Below, piece after piece: positions 1 through 9,695 of a DNA stretch of 64,000 bases (positions are counted from its first letter, which is position 1; every line of letters begins with the position of its first letter). Both the position numbers and the translations under genes were made by a program. This DNA is from an uncultured virus (IMG/VR IMGVR_UViG_3300028654_000194) (lineage: Duplodnaviria > Heunggongvirae > Uroviricota > Caudoviricetes): the IMG/VR virus record IMGVR_UViG_3300028654_000194, one strand, 5' to 3'. Below the pieces are notes generated by a model, which was given only the letters and a program-made list of their open reading frames with translations, was not told the origin of the DNA and made no database searches.

Positions 1-1
1 G

Positions 2-1279
2 ATCCGCAACGTCCCGCTAGGCCCCATGGTGCTGCCGGATTGCGACATGACTGCACGCGGCATCCCGCAACTCTCCCAAGGCGTCAGCGCGGTGCGCGTC
101 GAAACGGTAATGGGACTGATCGGTGCCAAGGCGCGCTACAACGCGATGACCGGCGTGATGGAACTATCGATCACACGCAGCGACATCGGATACAACTCTA
201 TCGAAGATAAATCGAACGCGGGCATCGATACGATCATCCATGCCTGCCTGCGCACGCGCATGAAAGGCGCAGCACACATCATCGAAGCGATCTACAACGT
301 CGCCAAGACCAACGAGTACCACCCGGCAGAAGACTGGATCACGTCCGTGCCGTGGGACGGCACGGATCGCTTCGAAGCCTTGTGTGCCACGCTGGTGCTG
401 CGCGATCCAAAGCACGAACCTTGGAAGCGCGTCGCGCTGCGCAACTGGTGCATCCAAGCTGTGGCCGCGATCCGCAACTACAAGCGCCCGCCGCAGGATG
501 TCGGCTATGTGCTGACGCTTCAGGGCGGGCAGGGCATCGGCAAGTCGCGCTGGGTGTCTTCCCTAATGCCTCAAGGGTTCGTGACCACCGGGTTGTCGCT
601 CAACCTGACCAGCAACGAGCGCGACGCGGTGCGCAGGGCGACACGGACGCCGATAGCCGAACTGGGGGAACTGGACGCGTCCTTCAGGCGGTCGGACCAG
701 TCGGCCCTGAAGAACTTCCTGACCACCCGCGAAGACACCTACCGTGACGCCTACGGACGCACGGAGACGGCCAAACCGCGCTGCACCGTCTATGCGGCCA
801 CGGTCAACCCGGAAGGCTTCCTGCTTGACCAGACGGGCGACCGGCGCTTCTGGCCGCTGGCGGTCGAACAGTGCCTGTACGGCCACAAGATCGACATGCA
901 GCAGCTATGGGCGCAGGCGGCGCACCTAGAGGCAAAGAAGACCCCTTTCTGGCTGTCGGCAGCAGAGGAAAAACTGCACGCCGCAGCCTGTCAGGATCAC
1001 TACGTGGACAGCGATGTCGGCTACATCATGGAAGACATCCGGCACCGGGCGCTGGTGTTCCCAGAAAATACGAAAACATGGGTCCATGCGCGGGCAAAAG
1101 AACTGGTGGCGCACTATGGTTTTCCACCCCGTATGGCGACGTGGACGGACCTCAATTCTGCGCTCAAGAATTGGGGTGCAAAGCGAGCGACCGTAAACGG
1201 CAAACGTGGCTGGTATGTGCCCCCGTATGAAACGATGCTGTCGGAGGCCCAGATGAAGGGCTTCAAGGTGGTGAAGTGA
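2..1279 (+). CDS. VapE-family (SF3-like) helicase domain, C-terminal part of the phage primase-helicase; 5'-truncated by the window edge
   Basis: Walker A GGQGIGKS, ELGELD and DQTGDRRFWP motifs typical of VapE. The frame is open back to position 2. Confidence 0.85.
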   Translation: MRNVPLGPMVLPDCDMTARGIPQLSQGVSAVRVETVMGLIGAKARYNAMTGVMELSITRSDIGYNSIEDKSNAGIDTIIHACLRTRMKGAAHIIEAIYNVAKTNEYHPAEDWITSVPWDGTDRFEALCATLVLRDPKHEPWKRVALRNWCIQAVAAIRNYKRPPQDVGYVLTLQGGQGIGKSRWVSSLMPQGFVTTGLSLNLTSNERDAVRRATRTPIAELGELDASFRRSDQSALKNFLTTREDTYRDAYGRTETAKPRCTVYAATVNPEGFLLDQTGDRRFWPLAVEQCLYGHKIDMQQLWAQAAHLEAKKTPFWLSAAEEKLHAAACQDHYVDSDVGYIMEDIRHRALVFPENTKTWVHARAKELVAHYGFPPRMATWTDLNSALKNWGAKRATVNGKRGWYVPPYETMLSEAQMKGFKVVK

Positions 1280-1280
1280 G

Positions 1281-1507
1281 GGTGCAAAGCTATCCAGCGT
1301 TTCTGCGGTCGGGTGCAAAGGTCGAAAAGCTTTGCACCCGACCTTTGCACCCGAAGAAACCCCTGATTTTACTACTTCAAAGTCTATTTAGGTGCAAAGG
1401 GTGCAAAGGTATTTAGTACATAGAATAGAGAACAACATAGATTGGTGATGTGTATGTCTCTTATTTCTGTCTGTGGAGTATTGGGAAAACCTTTGCACCT
1501 TTGCACC
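1281..1507. repeat. Iteron-like GGTGCAAAG repeats in direct and inverted pairs around an AT-rich stretch; candidate replication origin
   Basis: Forward copies at 1281, 1312, 1391, 1400; reverse copies (CTTTGCACC) at 1330, 1343, 1491, 1499; a further copy at 1175. Confidence 0.7.
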
Positions 1508-1591
1508 CTGACGCGCGTGGTTCAGGGGCGCGCGCGCAGGCAAAACACGCAGGATGAAATGGGTCAGTTCAACGAGGGGAAATAAAATACG

Positions 1592-2128
1592 ATGATCAAG
1601 TGGTATTGCGCTGTGACGAAGCCCGGTCGCGCACACTGGGCGCATGACAATCTGAAGGCTCAAGGGTTCGAAATTTTCCTGCCGGTGATGCTGGGTGGCA
1701 TCCTGCTTTTTCCGGGGTACATTTTCGTTGCGTTCGACAAGCAGCAGAACCCTTATGGCTGGCAGCCGATCAACGGCACGCGCGGCGTGCATCACCTGCT
1801 GCCGAACTATCGCGAGGAACCGTCTGCGCTGCCTGATGATTTCGTCCGCGATCTGAAAAGTTCCCTCGCAGCTATGCGACCCCCCGAAGACCCCAAGCCA
1901 GTCCAATTTGCACTAGGTGATGCGATTGCGGTCACGTCAGGCCCTTTCGCTGGACATAAATTTACGGTAAAGGTGCTTCGCCGGAACGTCCTGTATGTCG
2001 ATGTGAAGCTGTTCAATCAGGAAGTTCTCGCAGCCGTGTTAAGCCATCAGGCGGTGCTGATCGCACGTGCGGTCCCATCGACCCCCGGCACTCCGTGCGA
2101 ACAATCGCGCGGTGCGGTAGCTTCCTGA
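1592..2128 (+). CDS. NusG/RfaH-family transcription antiterminator
   Basis: NGN-domain motifs (WYCAVTKPG, LFPGYIFV, INGTRGV) and KOW motif (GDAIAVTSGPFAG). Confidence 0.85.
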   Translation: MIKWYCAVTKPGRAHWAHDNLKAQGFEIFLPVMLGGILLFPGYIFVAFDKQQNPYGWQPINGTRGVHHLLPNYREEPSALPDDFVRDLKSSLAAMRPPEDPKPVQFALGDAIAVTSGPFAGHKFTVKVLRRNVLYVDVKLFNQEVLAAVLSHQAVLIARAVPSTPGTPCEQSRGAVAS

Positions 2129-2156
2129 TTTCCAAAGGGAACTCTTTAGAAAATAA

Positions 2157-2600
2157 ATGTCCCAAGTTGGCCAAGAAGTCACAGTGCTGCCGCCGTTGAA
2201 GAAGCCGGACGGTCGTGGCAAACACGGCAGGCAGGGACGCAAGAAGGGCGCAGCAGATCGCCCGAACGCTGATGTGCTGAAGATCGCCTACGGCCCCGAC
2301 ACGCCAGTCAAGACTTTGCACAAGCACATGCTGCGCCTCGACAAGATGTCGGATGCGTTCCACGACAAGTTCGACGCCATCGCGAAGAAGATCGTGACAT
2401 CCAAGACTGTGTCGCCTGATGACATCGATGAAATGAAGATGCAGTACCGCATGTTCCTTGAAGCGTCTTCTGCCACGGTCGAAGTTGCGACGCGCCTTTC
2501 AGTTTACATTCACCCCAAGCCTGCACCGCTTCTGCCGACGATGCCGAACGCGAACGTGCGCATGATCCTTCTGGTGTCGCCGGACGATATGGAGTTGTGA
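2157..2600 (+). CDS. Putative terminase small subunit
   Basis: Upstream of TerL; basic GRKKGAADR N-terminal motif and C-terminal YIHPK, as in many small terminases. Confidence 0.55.
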   Translation: MSQVGQEVTVLPPLKKPDGRGKHGRQGRKKGAADRPNADVLKIAYGPDTPVKTLHKHMLRLDKMSDAFHDKFDAIAKKIVTSKTVSPDDIDEMKMQYRMFLEASSATVEVATRLSVYIHPKPAPLLPTMPNANVRMILLVSPDDMEL

Positions 2601-2765
2601 ACATGCTGCTTCACCTGCTGGTCGATGCGTTGATCGTTGCAGGTGCAGTGTCGGTTCTCATCGTTCTGTCGATCATCGGCCTGCACTGTTGGATCACCAG
2701 CGGCGGCAAAGACCCGATGTACTAGCACGAAGGCGCAACAGACGCCGTGCTGAAAGGAAGATGAG

Positions 2766-2999
2766 ATGAGTTTGAAAATCCTGAAGTCGATCCAGAAGTG
2801 GGGCGCATCGCACGCAGTTGTCAGCGATGCCGTGATCATTCTGAACCACAAGCTGAACGTTGCTGTGTGGTCCGCGCGCTGGCTTGCGGCGACCAAGGAA
2901 GCACGTCGCAAGATGCCGGGCGAACCGCGCATGCCGATGTACCTGACGCGCAAGGAAATCATGCGCGAACAACTTGGTGATGCCGGTGTCATCGCCTGA
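2766..2999 (+). CDS. Hypothetical protein
   Basis: 77-aa ORF with AGGAAG upstream, overlapping the TerL start. Confidence 0.5.
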   Translation: MSLKILKSIQKWGASHAVVSDAVIILNHKLNVAVWSARWLAATKEARRKMPGEPRMPMYLTRKEIMREQLGDAGVIA

Positions 3000-4521
3000 C
3001 GCCGAAGTCGTAGACAAATATGTCGGACTGCAAGGCAAGGAACTGACACCGCGCCAGTTGCAGGCGAACAGCACGATCCTTCGCGGCAATGCCACGCACC
3101 AGTTGCTGTATGGCGGATCGCGGTCGGGCAAGTCGTATCTGTTCATGCGCGCGGTTATCGTCCGCGCACTGCGCGCCAAGCATTCGACGCACACCGTTCT
3201 GCGCTATCGTTTCAACCATCTGCGCGAAAGTATCATCGAACAGACGCTGCCAGCGGTGATGCGTGGATCGTTTCCCGATGTCACCTACCGGCTGAAGCAG
3301 GACGATTGGTCTGTCACGTTCAACGGCGAACCTGACAGCGGTAAGGTTCTGTTCGGCGGTCTGGATGAAAAAGAACGCACGGAAAAAATCCTTGGACAGG
3401 AACACAGCACGATCTGGCTGAACGAAGTCAGTCAGATCAGCTACCCGTCGCGCAACAAGGTCATCACACGTCTTGCGCAGAAGTCCGGGTTGAAGCTGCG
3501 TGCCTACTACGACTGCAACCCACCGCCGAAGGGTCACTGGACCCATCGCATATTCGTGGAACTGAAAGAACCGAACACACGCCGCCCGCTTGCTGACCCG
3601 CATGACTACGCGATGATGCAGATGAACCCCGGCGATAATGAAGCGCACATCGCACCGGAATACATGCGGCTGTTGCGTTCGTTGCCTGATCGCGATCAGG
3701 CGCGCTTCCTGCGCGGTGAGTTCACCGATGTGGTCGAAGGCGCGCTGTGGACGCTTGAAACCATCGACGCATGTCACCGCGTGATGGTGGACATCGAACA
3801 GCTTGTGGAAATTGTCGTTGCGGTCGATCCGTCAGGCGCATCGTCCAGCGAAGACAAGTCGTCAGATGAGATTGGCTTGGTCGTGGCTGGCAAGGATGCT
3901 GCCGGTGTCGCCTACGTTCTGGAAGATGCGTCAGGCCGCATGGGTCCATTGGAATGGGCCAAGAAAGCGAACGAACTCTACGTCAAGTGGAAAGCCAGCC
4001 GCATCATTGCCGAACAGAACTTCGGCGGCGCGATGGTCGAAGCGGTTCTGCGCAGCGCCAGCAGCAGTGCGCCGATCAAGATGATCACGGCCAGCCGTGG
4101 CAAGCATGTGCGCGCCGAACCAGTCGCTGCGTTGTATGAGAAGGGCCGCGTCGTGCATTGCGACGATTTCCCTGAACTTGAAGAACAGCTTTGCGGTTTT
4201 AGCACGTCAGGATATTCCGGCGATCACTCGCCTGACCGCGCAGACGCGCTGGTGTGGGCGATTACCGAACTGCTGGTGCCGCCCGACAACAGCCTTGCGA
4301 TACTCGACTACATGCGCATGCAGAACGATGCGATAGTCGATGCGGTCAAGGAAGGTCCAGTCTACGTGCGCATGAAAGCGCCGCCCGGCATCGGCACGGT
4401 CTTTGGCCGATACGGTGCGATGTACAACACAGACAGCGAAGGCTGCATCAACGCGGAAGCAGATGACGTGGACGCTTTCAAGCGCAACGGTTTCAAACCA
4501 ATCATGGAGACCACACAATGA
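2974..4521 (+). CDS. terL: Terminase large subunit
   Basis: Walker A YGGSRSGKS, Walker B-like IWLNE, coupling motif CNP, nuclease motifs VAVDPS and SPDRADALVWA. Confidence 0.95.
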   Translation: MVMPVSSPDAEVVDKYVGLQGKELTPRQLQANSTILRGNATHQLLYGGSRSGKSYLFMRAVIVRALRAKHSTHTVLRYRFNHLRESIIEQTLPAVMRGSFPDVTYRLKQDDWSVTFNGEPDSGKVLFGGLDEKERTEKILGQEHSTIWLNEVSQISYPSRNKVITRLAQKSGLKLRAYYDCNPPPKGHWTHRIFVELKEPNTRRPLADPHDYAMMQMNPGDNEAHIAPEYMRLLRSLPDRDQARFLRGEFTDVVEGALWTLETIDACHRVMVDIEQLVEIVVAVDPSGASSSEDKSSDEIGLVVAGKDAAGVAYVLEDASGRMGPLEWAKKANELYVKWKASRIIAEQNFGGAMVEAVLRSASSSAPIKMITASRGKHVRAEPVAALYEKGRVVHCDDFPELEEQLCGFSTSGYSGDHSPDRADALVWAITELLVPPDNSLAILDYMRMQNDAIVDAVKEGPVYVRMKAPPGIGTVFGRYGAMYNTDSEGCINAEADDVDAFKRNGFKPIMETTQ

Positions 4522-5270
4522 TCGTTCTGTTCAACCCCACCGCACCTGCGATCTACCAGTCGCGTTTCGGCAACAAGTATGTGCCTGATGCGAATGGCGC
4601 GATCACGGTGCAGAATTACGAAGTGCCCGATCTGCTGGCTGCTGGCTGGTACTACTATGCAGAACCGGCCAACGACACTGTGCTGTTCGGCGGTCTGACG
4701 TATCCCGCCGCGACTTTCAGCATCCTGAAGGAAGAAGGAAACATCTTCCGTTCGGTCAACGCTGGCGCTACCGGCTTCGGCGGCAGCGGCACTGGTTCGG
4801 TGGACAACATCCTTGGCGGCATCGTGCTGGACGCGTCTGCGTTCGACATTGCTGGCCGTGGTCTTGCGATCACCGCACAGGGCATGACTGGCGCGACCGG
4901 CAACGCGAAGTTCTGGAAGCTGTGGATCAACCCGACCATGTCCGGTCAGGCAGTTGTCGGCGGCGTGCTGACGAATGCAGGAACAGTTACGGCGGCAGGT
5001 TCCGGCGCGTTGCTGCTTAGTTCAGGCTCGCAGACCACGAACAACGGCGGCTGGCAGTTGTTCGGCAACCTGTTCAAGTACGGCGCTGCCGGTTCGAACA
5101 CGCAATACTTCCAAGGCAACTGGATCGCTGGCGCGACGCATGGCGGTATGGCATCGACGATTGCGCTGACGCAGTCGGAAGCGGCCACGATGACTATTGT
5201 TGTCACCGGCAACGGTGTTGCGGCCAACGATGTCGTGCTGCAATTCCTCGAAATGAACGCGATGAACTAG
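4518..5270 (+). CDS. Hypothetical virion-associated protein
   Basis: G/A/T-rich beta-type composition; lies between TerL and portal, overlapping the TerL stop (ATGA). Confidence 0.6.
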   Translation: MIVLFNPTAPAIYQSRFGNKYVPDANGAITVQNYEVPDLLAAGWYYYAEPANDTVLFGGLTYPAATFSILKEEGNIFRSVNAGATGFGGSGTGSVDNILGGIVLDASAFDIAGRGLAITAQGMTGATGNAKFWKLWINPTMSGQAVVGGVLTNAGTVTAAGSGALLLSSGSQTTNNGGWQLFGNLFKYGAAGSNTQYFQGNWIAGATHGGMASTIALTQSEAATMTIVVTGNGVAANDVVLQFLEMNAMN

Positions 5271-5350
5271 TAATCAGGCAGGTTGGCCATTCGACTTGGC
5301 CATTGTGCGGTTCACAGCCTGCCGCTTTTCTTTCACCTTGCTTCTGGTAA

Positions 5351-6976
5351 TTGATGTCAGGCGAACGCGATAATCCCCCGCCCGGTTCGAACGTGCGCCC
5401 GCTTGCAGGCGGGCATGATGTCCTGCGTGTAAGCGCACGCTTCGACAGCACCGGCACAGCGCAAAGCTTCTTCGGGCCGCTTGACCCGATGATGCCGCTT
5501 GCGCCTGCCGATGTGGCGGGGCGCATTCTGGACTATCCGGTTGGCTACAATCTCAGTCAGTCGCCGCGCGCCTACGAAGCGATCAGCTTCCCGGTGCTGC
5601 GCCAGTTGGCCGATGCGTGGGATTTGCTCCGTCTACTGATTGAAACGCGCAAGGACCAACTCTGCCGCATGCCATGGCAGATCGTTCCCAAGAAGGCGTT
5701 GTACAAAAAGGGCGATCAGGAAGCGCCGACAGCGGTCATGGACAAGGCGTCGGAACTGGAAGCATTCTTCCAGCAACCCGACACGAACATGGGATGGACG
5801 CAGTGGCTGCGCGAACTGCTGGAAGACCTTTTTGTCTTGGACGCACCAACGCTCTATATCCGTCGCACGCGGGGTGGTGGTGTCTTCGCACTGGAACCAA
5901 TCGACGGCGCAACGATCAAGCGCGTGATCGATCCGTGGGGTCGGACGCCGTTGCCTCCATATCCTGCCTACCAGCAAGTGCTGAAGGGTATGCCTGCGGT
6001 CGATTACACGACTGACGATGTCATCTACCGTCCGCGCAACAGCCGCACTGGAAAGATTTACGGTTTCGGGCCGACCGAACAGTTGCTGACCACGGTGAAC
6101 ATCGCGTTGCGCCGCCAGACATGGCAGACGCAATACTACACCGAAGGCAACATCCCCGAAGCTTTGATCGGCGTGCCCGACACGTGGACGCCTGACCAGA
6201 TCAATGCGTTCCAGCGTTACTGGGACAACATGCTTGAAGGCAACACGGCATCGCGCCGTCATGCCAAGTTCGTGCCCGGTGGAATTGCCAAGACCTACAT
6301 TCCCACCAAAGAAGCGGAACTGAAAAATGTGTTCGATGAATGGCTGGCTAGGGTCGCTTGCTATTGTTTCAGCATCAGCCCTGCTCCCTTTGTGTCTAAT
6401 CTTAATCGCGCGACTGCGCAAAGTCTCAAGGATGCTTCTCTCGAAGAAGGCTTGATGCCGATCCAGTTGTGGATCAAGGAACTGTGCGACTACGTCATCC
6501 GCGTCGTCTTCAAGAACAACGATGTCGAATTTAGTTGGCAGGAAGACGAAGACGCCGACGCTGCCACGCAGGCGACGATCACGCTGAACGATGTGAAGGG
6601 TGCGCTGCTGACGATCAACGAAGGCCGCGCAGCCAAGGGTCTTCAGCCGTTCAGCGATCCGCTGGCCGACACGCCGCTGGTGTGGACGACCACCGGCTAC
6701 GTGCCGCTAGAACAACCTGAACCGCCCCCGCCACTGCTGGGTCACAACGGTGGCCCGCCCATGCAGGGTGACGGCAAAGACCCGAAGACGGATGCGAAGG
6801 GCAACCCCATAGTCGGCAACGACAACGAAACGGCGAACGACACCGGCACTGGCGATGGCTCGAAAGCGCCGACCGGCACGGTGAAGTTCCACATTCACGC
6901 GACAGACGCAGAAGCTGTTCGCAAGCTGCTGGCCAAGAACGGCATCGGCATAAAAAAAAAGTTGATGTACACATAG
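5351..6976 (+). CDS. Portal protein
   Basis: Portal-like motifs (IDGATIK, YGFGPTEQ, YYTEGNIP, LTINEGRA); position after TerL. Confidence 0.9.
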   Translation: MMSGERDNPPPGSNVRPLAGGHDVLRVSARFDSTGTAQSFFGPLDPMMPLAPADVAGRILDYPVGYNLSQSPRAYEAISFPVLRQLADAWDLLRLLIETRKDQLCRMPWQIVPKKALYKKGDQEAPTAVMDKASELEAFFQQPDTNMGWTQWLRELLEDLFVLDAPTLYIRRTRGGGVFALEPIDGATIKRVIDPWGRTPLPPYPAYQQVLKGMPAVDYTTDDVIYRPRNSRTGKIYGFGPTEQLLTTVNIALRRQTWQTQYYTEGNIPEALIGVPDTWTPDQINAFQRYWDNMLEGNTASRRHAKFVPGGIAKTYIPTKEAELKNVFDEWLARVACYCFSISPAPFVSNLNRATAQSLKDASLEEGLMPIQLWIKELCDYVIRVVFKNNDVEFSWQEDEDADAATQATITLNDVKGALLTINEGRAAKGLQPFSDPLADTPLVWTTTGYVPLEQPEPPPPLLGHNGGPPMQGDGKDPKTDAKGNPIVGNDNETANDTGTGDGSKAPTGTVKFHIHATDAEAVRKLLAKNGIGIKKKLMYT

Positions 6977-7701
6977 CGCCCACGTCTGGGCCGAAGGGCA
7001 ATTCTGCCAAGACAGCTATCGAGGCTCGATATGCCCGCGCGTTCAAGGAACAAGCCAACGAAGTCATCGCGTACTTCCGCGCCCACTACAAAGCGGAAAA
7101 AGCCACGCGCAAAAACACCATCGCAAACGATGTCCCACTTGGCACAGTTGGCAGTGCAGGAACTAACAGCGCAGCCGACTTTGCCGCCGCCGCCTACGAA
7201 GGCGGAACGCACGCCATCATCGGGCTTGGGTTCGCGAACTCTACGGATGCTCCGCAGCTTTTTGGGGCTGTGAACGACAGGGCTGTCGCTTGGGCGAACA
7301 GCCACGCTGCCGATCTTGTCACGCAGATCGATGAGGCGACGCGCAACGAACTGAACCGCGTGATCACGACCGGCATCGAAAGCGGTCTTGATGTCGGCCA
7401 GATCGCAGACAGCATCCACGCGATGGACGCGTTCAGCGACAAGCGTGCAAGCCTGATCGCGGAAACTGAAATCGCTGGCGCGGAAAGCCAAGGCGCACTG
7501 GAAGGTCTGCGCGAACTCGCGGCCACGACCGATCTGACGATCCAGAAGACGTGGGTCGTGACGGATGAAGCCTGCGATGACTGTCAGGACAACGAAGACG
7601 AAGGTCCAATCGATCTGGACGATGACTTCCCATCAGGCGATGACGCGCCACCTGCGCATCCGAACTGCCGCTGCGCGCTCGGCTACACGACAGAGGAATA
7701 A
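6952..7701 (+). CDS. MuF / SPP1 gp7-like head morphogenesis domain, probably translated as a -1 frameshift fusion to portal
   Basis: RASLIAETE, KTW, CDDC and PPAHPNCRC motifs. Frame open from the A9 run at 6952; first standard start only at 7270. Confidence 0.8.
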   Translation, partial: KKKVDVHIAPTSGPKGNSAKTAIEARYARAFKEQANEVIAYFRAHYKAEKATRKNTIANDVPLGTVGSAGTNSAADFAAAAYEGGTHAIIGLGFANSTDAPQLFGAVNDRAVAWANSHAADLVTQIDEATRNELNRVITTGIESGLDVGQIADSIHAMDAFSDKRASLIAETEIAGAESQGALEGLRELAATTDLTIQKTWVVTDEACDDCQDNEDEGPIDLDDDFPSGDDAPPAHPNCRCALGYTTEE

Positions 7702-7704
7702 GCA

Positions 7705-8739
7705 ATGACCGTTGCTCAGAACGAGTTGTATGTATATGGCAGCGCCAACATGCCGGAAGACGATGTGTCGCTGACAGGCGGCGCAGTGGACTTCACCAAG
7801 CTGGTGTTCTTCAACGACATCACGCCGTCCGGCACAGTCGATTATGTTTCGTCCAGCGCGTCGGACACTGCGACCATCATCACATGCACCGGCCTTGACG
7901 GCACTGGCGTGTCGCAGGCTGAAGCCAAGACGCTGACAGGCACCACACCCGTCACAGGATCGCAGTCGTTTGAACGCTTGATGAAAGGCGTGCAGACCGG
8001 AACCGCGCAGGTTGGCGACATCGCCATCATCGCGCATACCGCGACTATTTCAACGCACACCGCGCAAGGTGGCAGCAATACGGTTGCGCCTGTTGAACCC
8101 TACATCCAGCTTCAGTCTGGCGACGGTGCGTCGGTCGCGGTCGGCCAGATCGTTCGCATCCTGAACAACTCGCCTGCGGGCGTTCAGTTCCAGTTGCGCC
8201 GCATCGTGCGCATCAGCGGCTACTTCGCGTATGTCAACCGCGACTGGGGAACGGTGCCGACATCGGCCACCACCTACAGCGTGTTCCAAGGCATGCTGTT
8301 CGATCTGTCACCTAACAAGATCGCGCAGGTGCGTCGTGCGTTCTACAACATCGCGGCTGACGTGCCCGGTGGATCGTCGCGCACCTACTACGAAAAAGTG
8401 TTCGCAGTGAACAACGACACTGCCACCGCGCTGACGCAGGCTGTGATCACCAAGCAGACCGACCCAACTGGCGGCACGCTGAACTTCGCGCTGTGCAACG
8501 CGCTGAACGACACGCAGACCGTTGCCAATCGTTTGAACAGCACGCCGCCATCGGTCACTGCTTACTCATCCGGCGCAGCACCGCAGGGCATCAACGTTCC
8601 GTCGCCGCAGAACCTGCCGAGTGGCGCAGCGCCCAACAGCGCAGGCGCACAAGGTGTGTGGGCGCAGTACGTGCTGCCAGCAGGCACCGCACCGGCCAAG
8701 ACCAGCGCCACTCTGCGCATCACCGGGAACAGCACCTGA
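7705..8739 (+). CDS. Hypothetical structural protein
   Basis: 344-aa T/G/S-rich ORF with GAGG RBS in the head module. Confidence 0.7.
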   Translation: MTVAQNELYVYGSANMPEDDVSLTGGAVDFTKLVFFNDITPSGTVDYVSSSASDTATIITCTGLDGTGVSQAEAKTLTGTTPVTGSQSFERLMKGVQTGTAQVGDIAIIAHTATISTHTAQGGSNTVAPVEPYIQLQSGDGASVAVGQIVRILNNSPAGVQFQLRRIVRISGYFAYVNRDWGTVPTSATTYSVFQGMLFDLSPNKIAQVRRAFYNIAADVPGGSSRTYYEKVFAVNNDTATALTQAVITKQTDPTGGTLNFALCNALNDTQTVANRLNSTPPSVTAYSSGAAPQGINVPSPQNLPSGAAPNSAGAQGVWAQYVLPAGTAPAKTSATLRITGNST

Positions 8740-9191
8740 TGACGACTTACTACGACAAGCTGATCGCGGTGTGGCCAAGTCTCACTGGTGCCACGACAGA
8801 CGACAAGCTTGCACAACTCAATGCGATGGTCGCGACAGTCAATCGCCCAGTGGACATCGGCGCAGCAGTGAACTACCTGCGCGAATGCCAAGCTTGGTAC
8901 GCGATCAAGATCGCATCCGAACAGTCGCCACCGAACATGGCCGCATATGCCGCTGTCGATCTGGTGATGGACATGCGCCAGACCGTTCTGGACTTCACGC
9001 TGCCTGTCGTTGCCACGATGGGTCAGGCGCTGATCGCTTCCAAGCTTATTACTTCTGACCAGTGGTCAACGCTGCAATCGCTGGGCGATGTCACTGTGTC
9101 GTGGGTCGAAGCCAACGGTTACACGTCGCAGACGATTGGACCCGGAGATCTTGATGCGTGCTTTGAGGCGACAGGGACGCAACTGAAGTGA
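8739..9191 (+). CDS. Hypothetical protein
   Basis: TGATG coupling to the upstream gene; real start probably MTTYYDK. Confidence 0.65.
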   Translation: MTTYYDKLIAVWPSLTGATTDDKLAQLNAMVATVNRPVDIGAAVNYLRECQAWYAIKIASEQSPPNMAAYAAVDLVMDMRQTVLDFTLPVVATMGQALIASKLITSDQWSTLQSLGDVTVSWVEANGYTSQTIGPGDLDACFEATGTQLK

Positions 9192-9685
9192 CCACAGTCA
9201 AGGCGCTCTATTCCGCATCAGGCGCTGGTACGGCGATCACTTGGACGCCCGGCGCGTTGGCTAGCGGTGGTGCTCGTGGATGCGCCGCCATAGACAACAC
9301 GTCGTTCCTCTATGTCGACGCGGCCGTGATGATCCAAGTGGCGGTCGGCGTTGTTGCCGCACCAAAATATATTAACATCTGGGGCTCGCTCTCAGAGGAC
9401 GGGACGAACTGGCTCGGCAATCCGTCCGGCACCGACAACTATGTCGGCACCGATGCGACGTTGACGGCGCTTGGCTCTCCGTCAGTTTTCTTTGGGCCGT
9501 TCACGCATCCGACGAACACGGCGAGCGTCACGACCACAATCGTCATCCCGTCAATCCGCGATCTGTTCGGCGGTCTAGTCCTACCAAAAAAGTGGGGACT
9601 GATTTTTGAAAATCAGACTGGCGTCGCGCTGCCGAATACAACCTTCGCGGCAGAATATACCGGCATTCAATTGAGCAACGTCTAA
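9188..9685 (+). CDS. Hypothetical structural protein
   Basis: GTGA overlap; beta-rich composition. Confidence 0.65.
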   Translation: MTTVKALYSASGAGTAITWTPGALASGGARGCAAIDNTSFLYVDAAVMIQVAVGVVAAPKYINIWGSLSEDGTNWLGNPSGTDNYVGTDATLTALGSPSVFFGPFTHPTNTASVTTTIVIPSIRDLFGGLVLPKKWGLIFENQTGVALPNTTFAAEYTGIQLSNV

Positions 9686-9695
9686 GGGGTAGACA

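Noticed and set aside
2603..2764. TAG followed by an in-frame extension, suggesting amber recoding
   Set aside because: Long genes are not interrupted by TAG, and TAG ends several genes normally.
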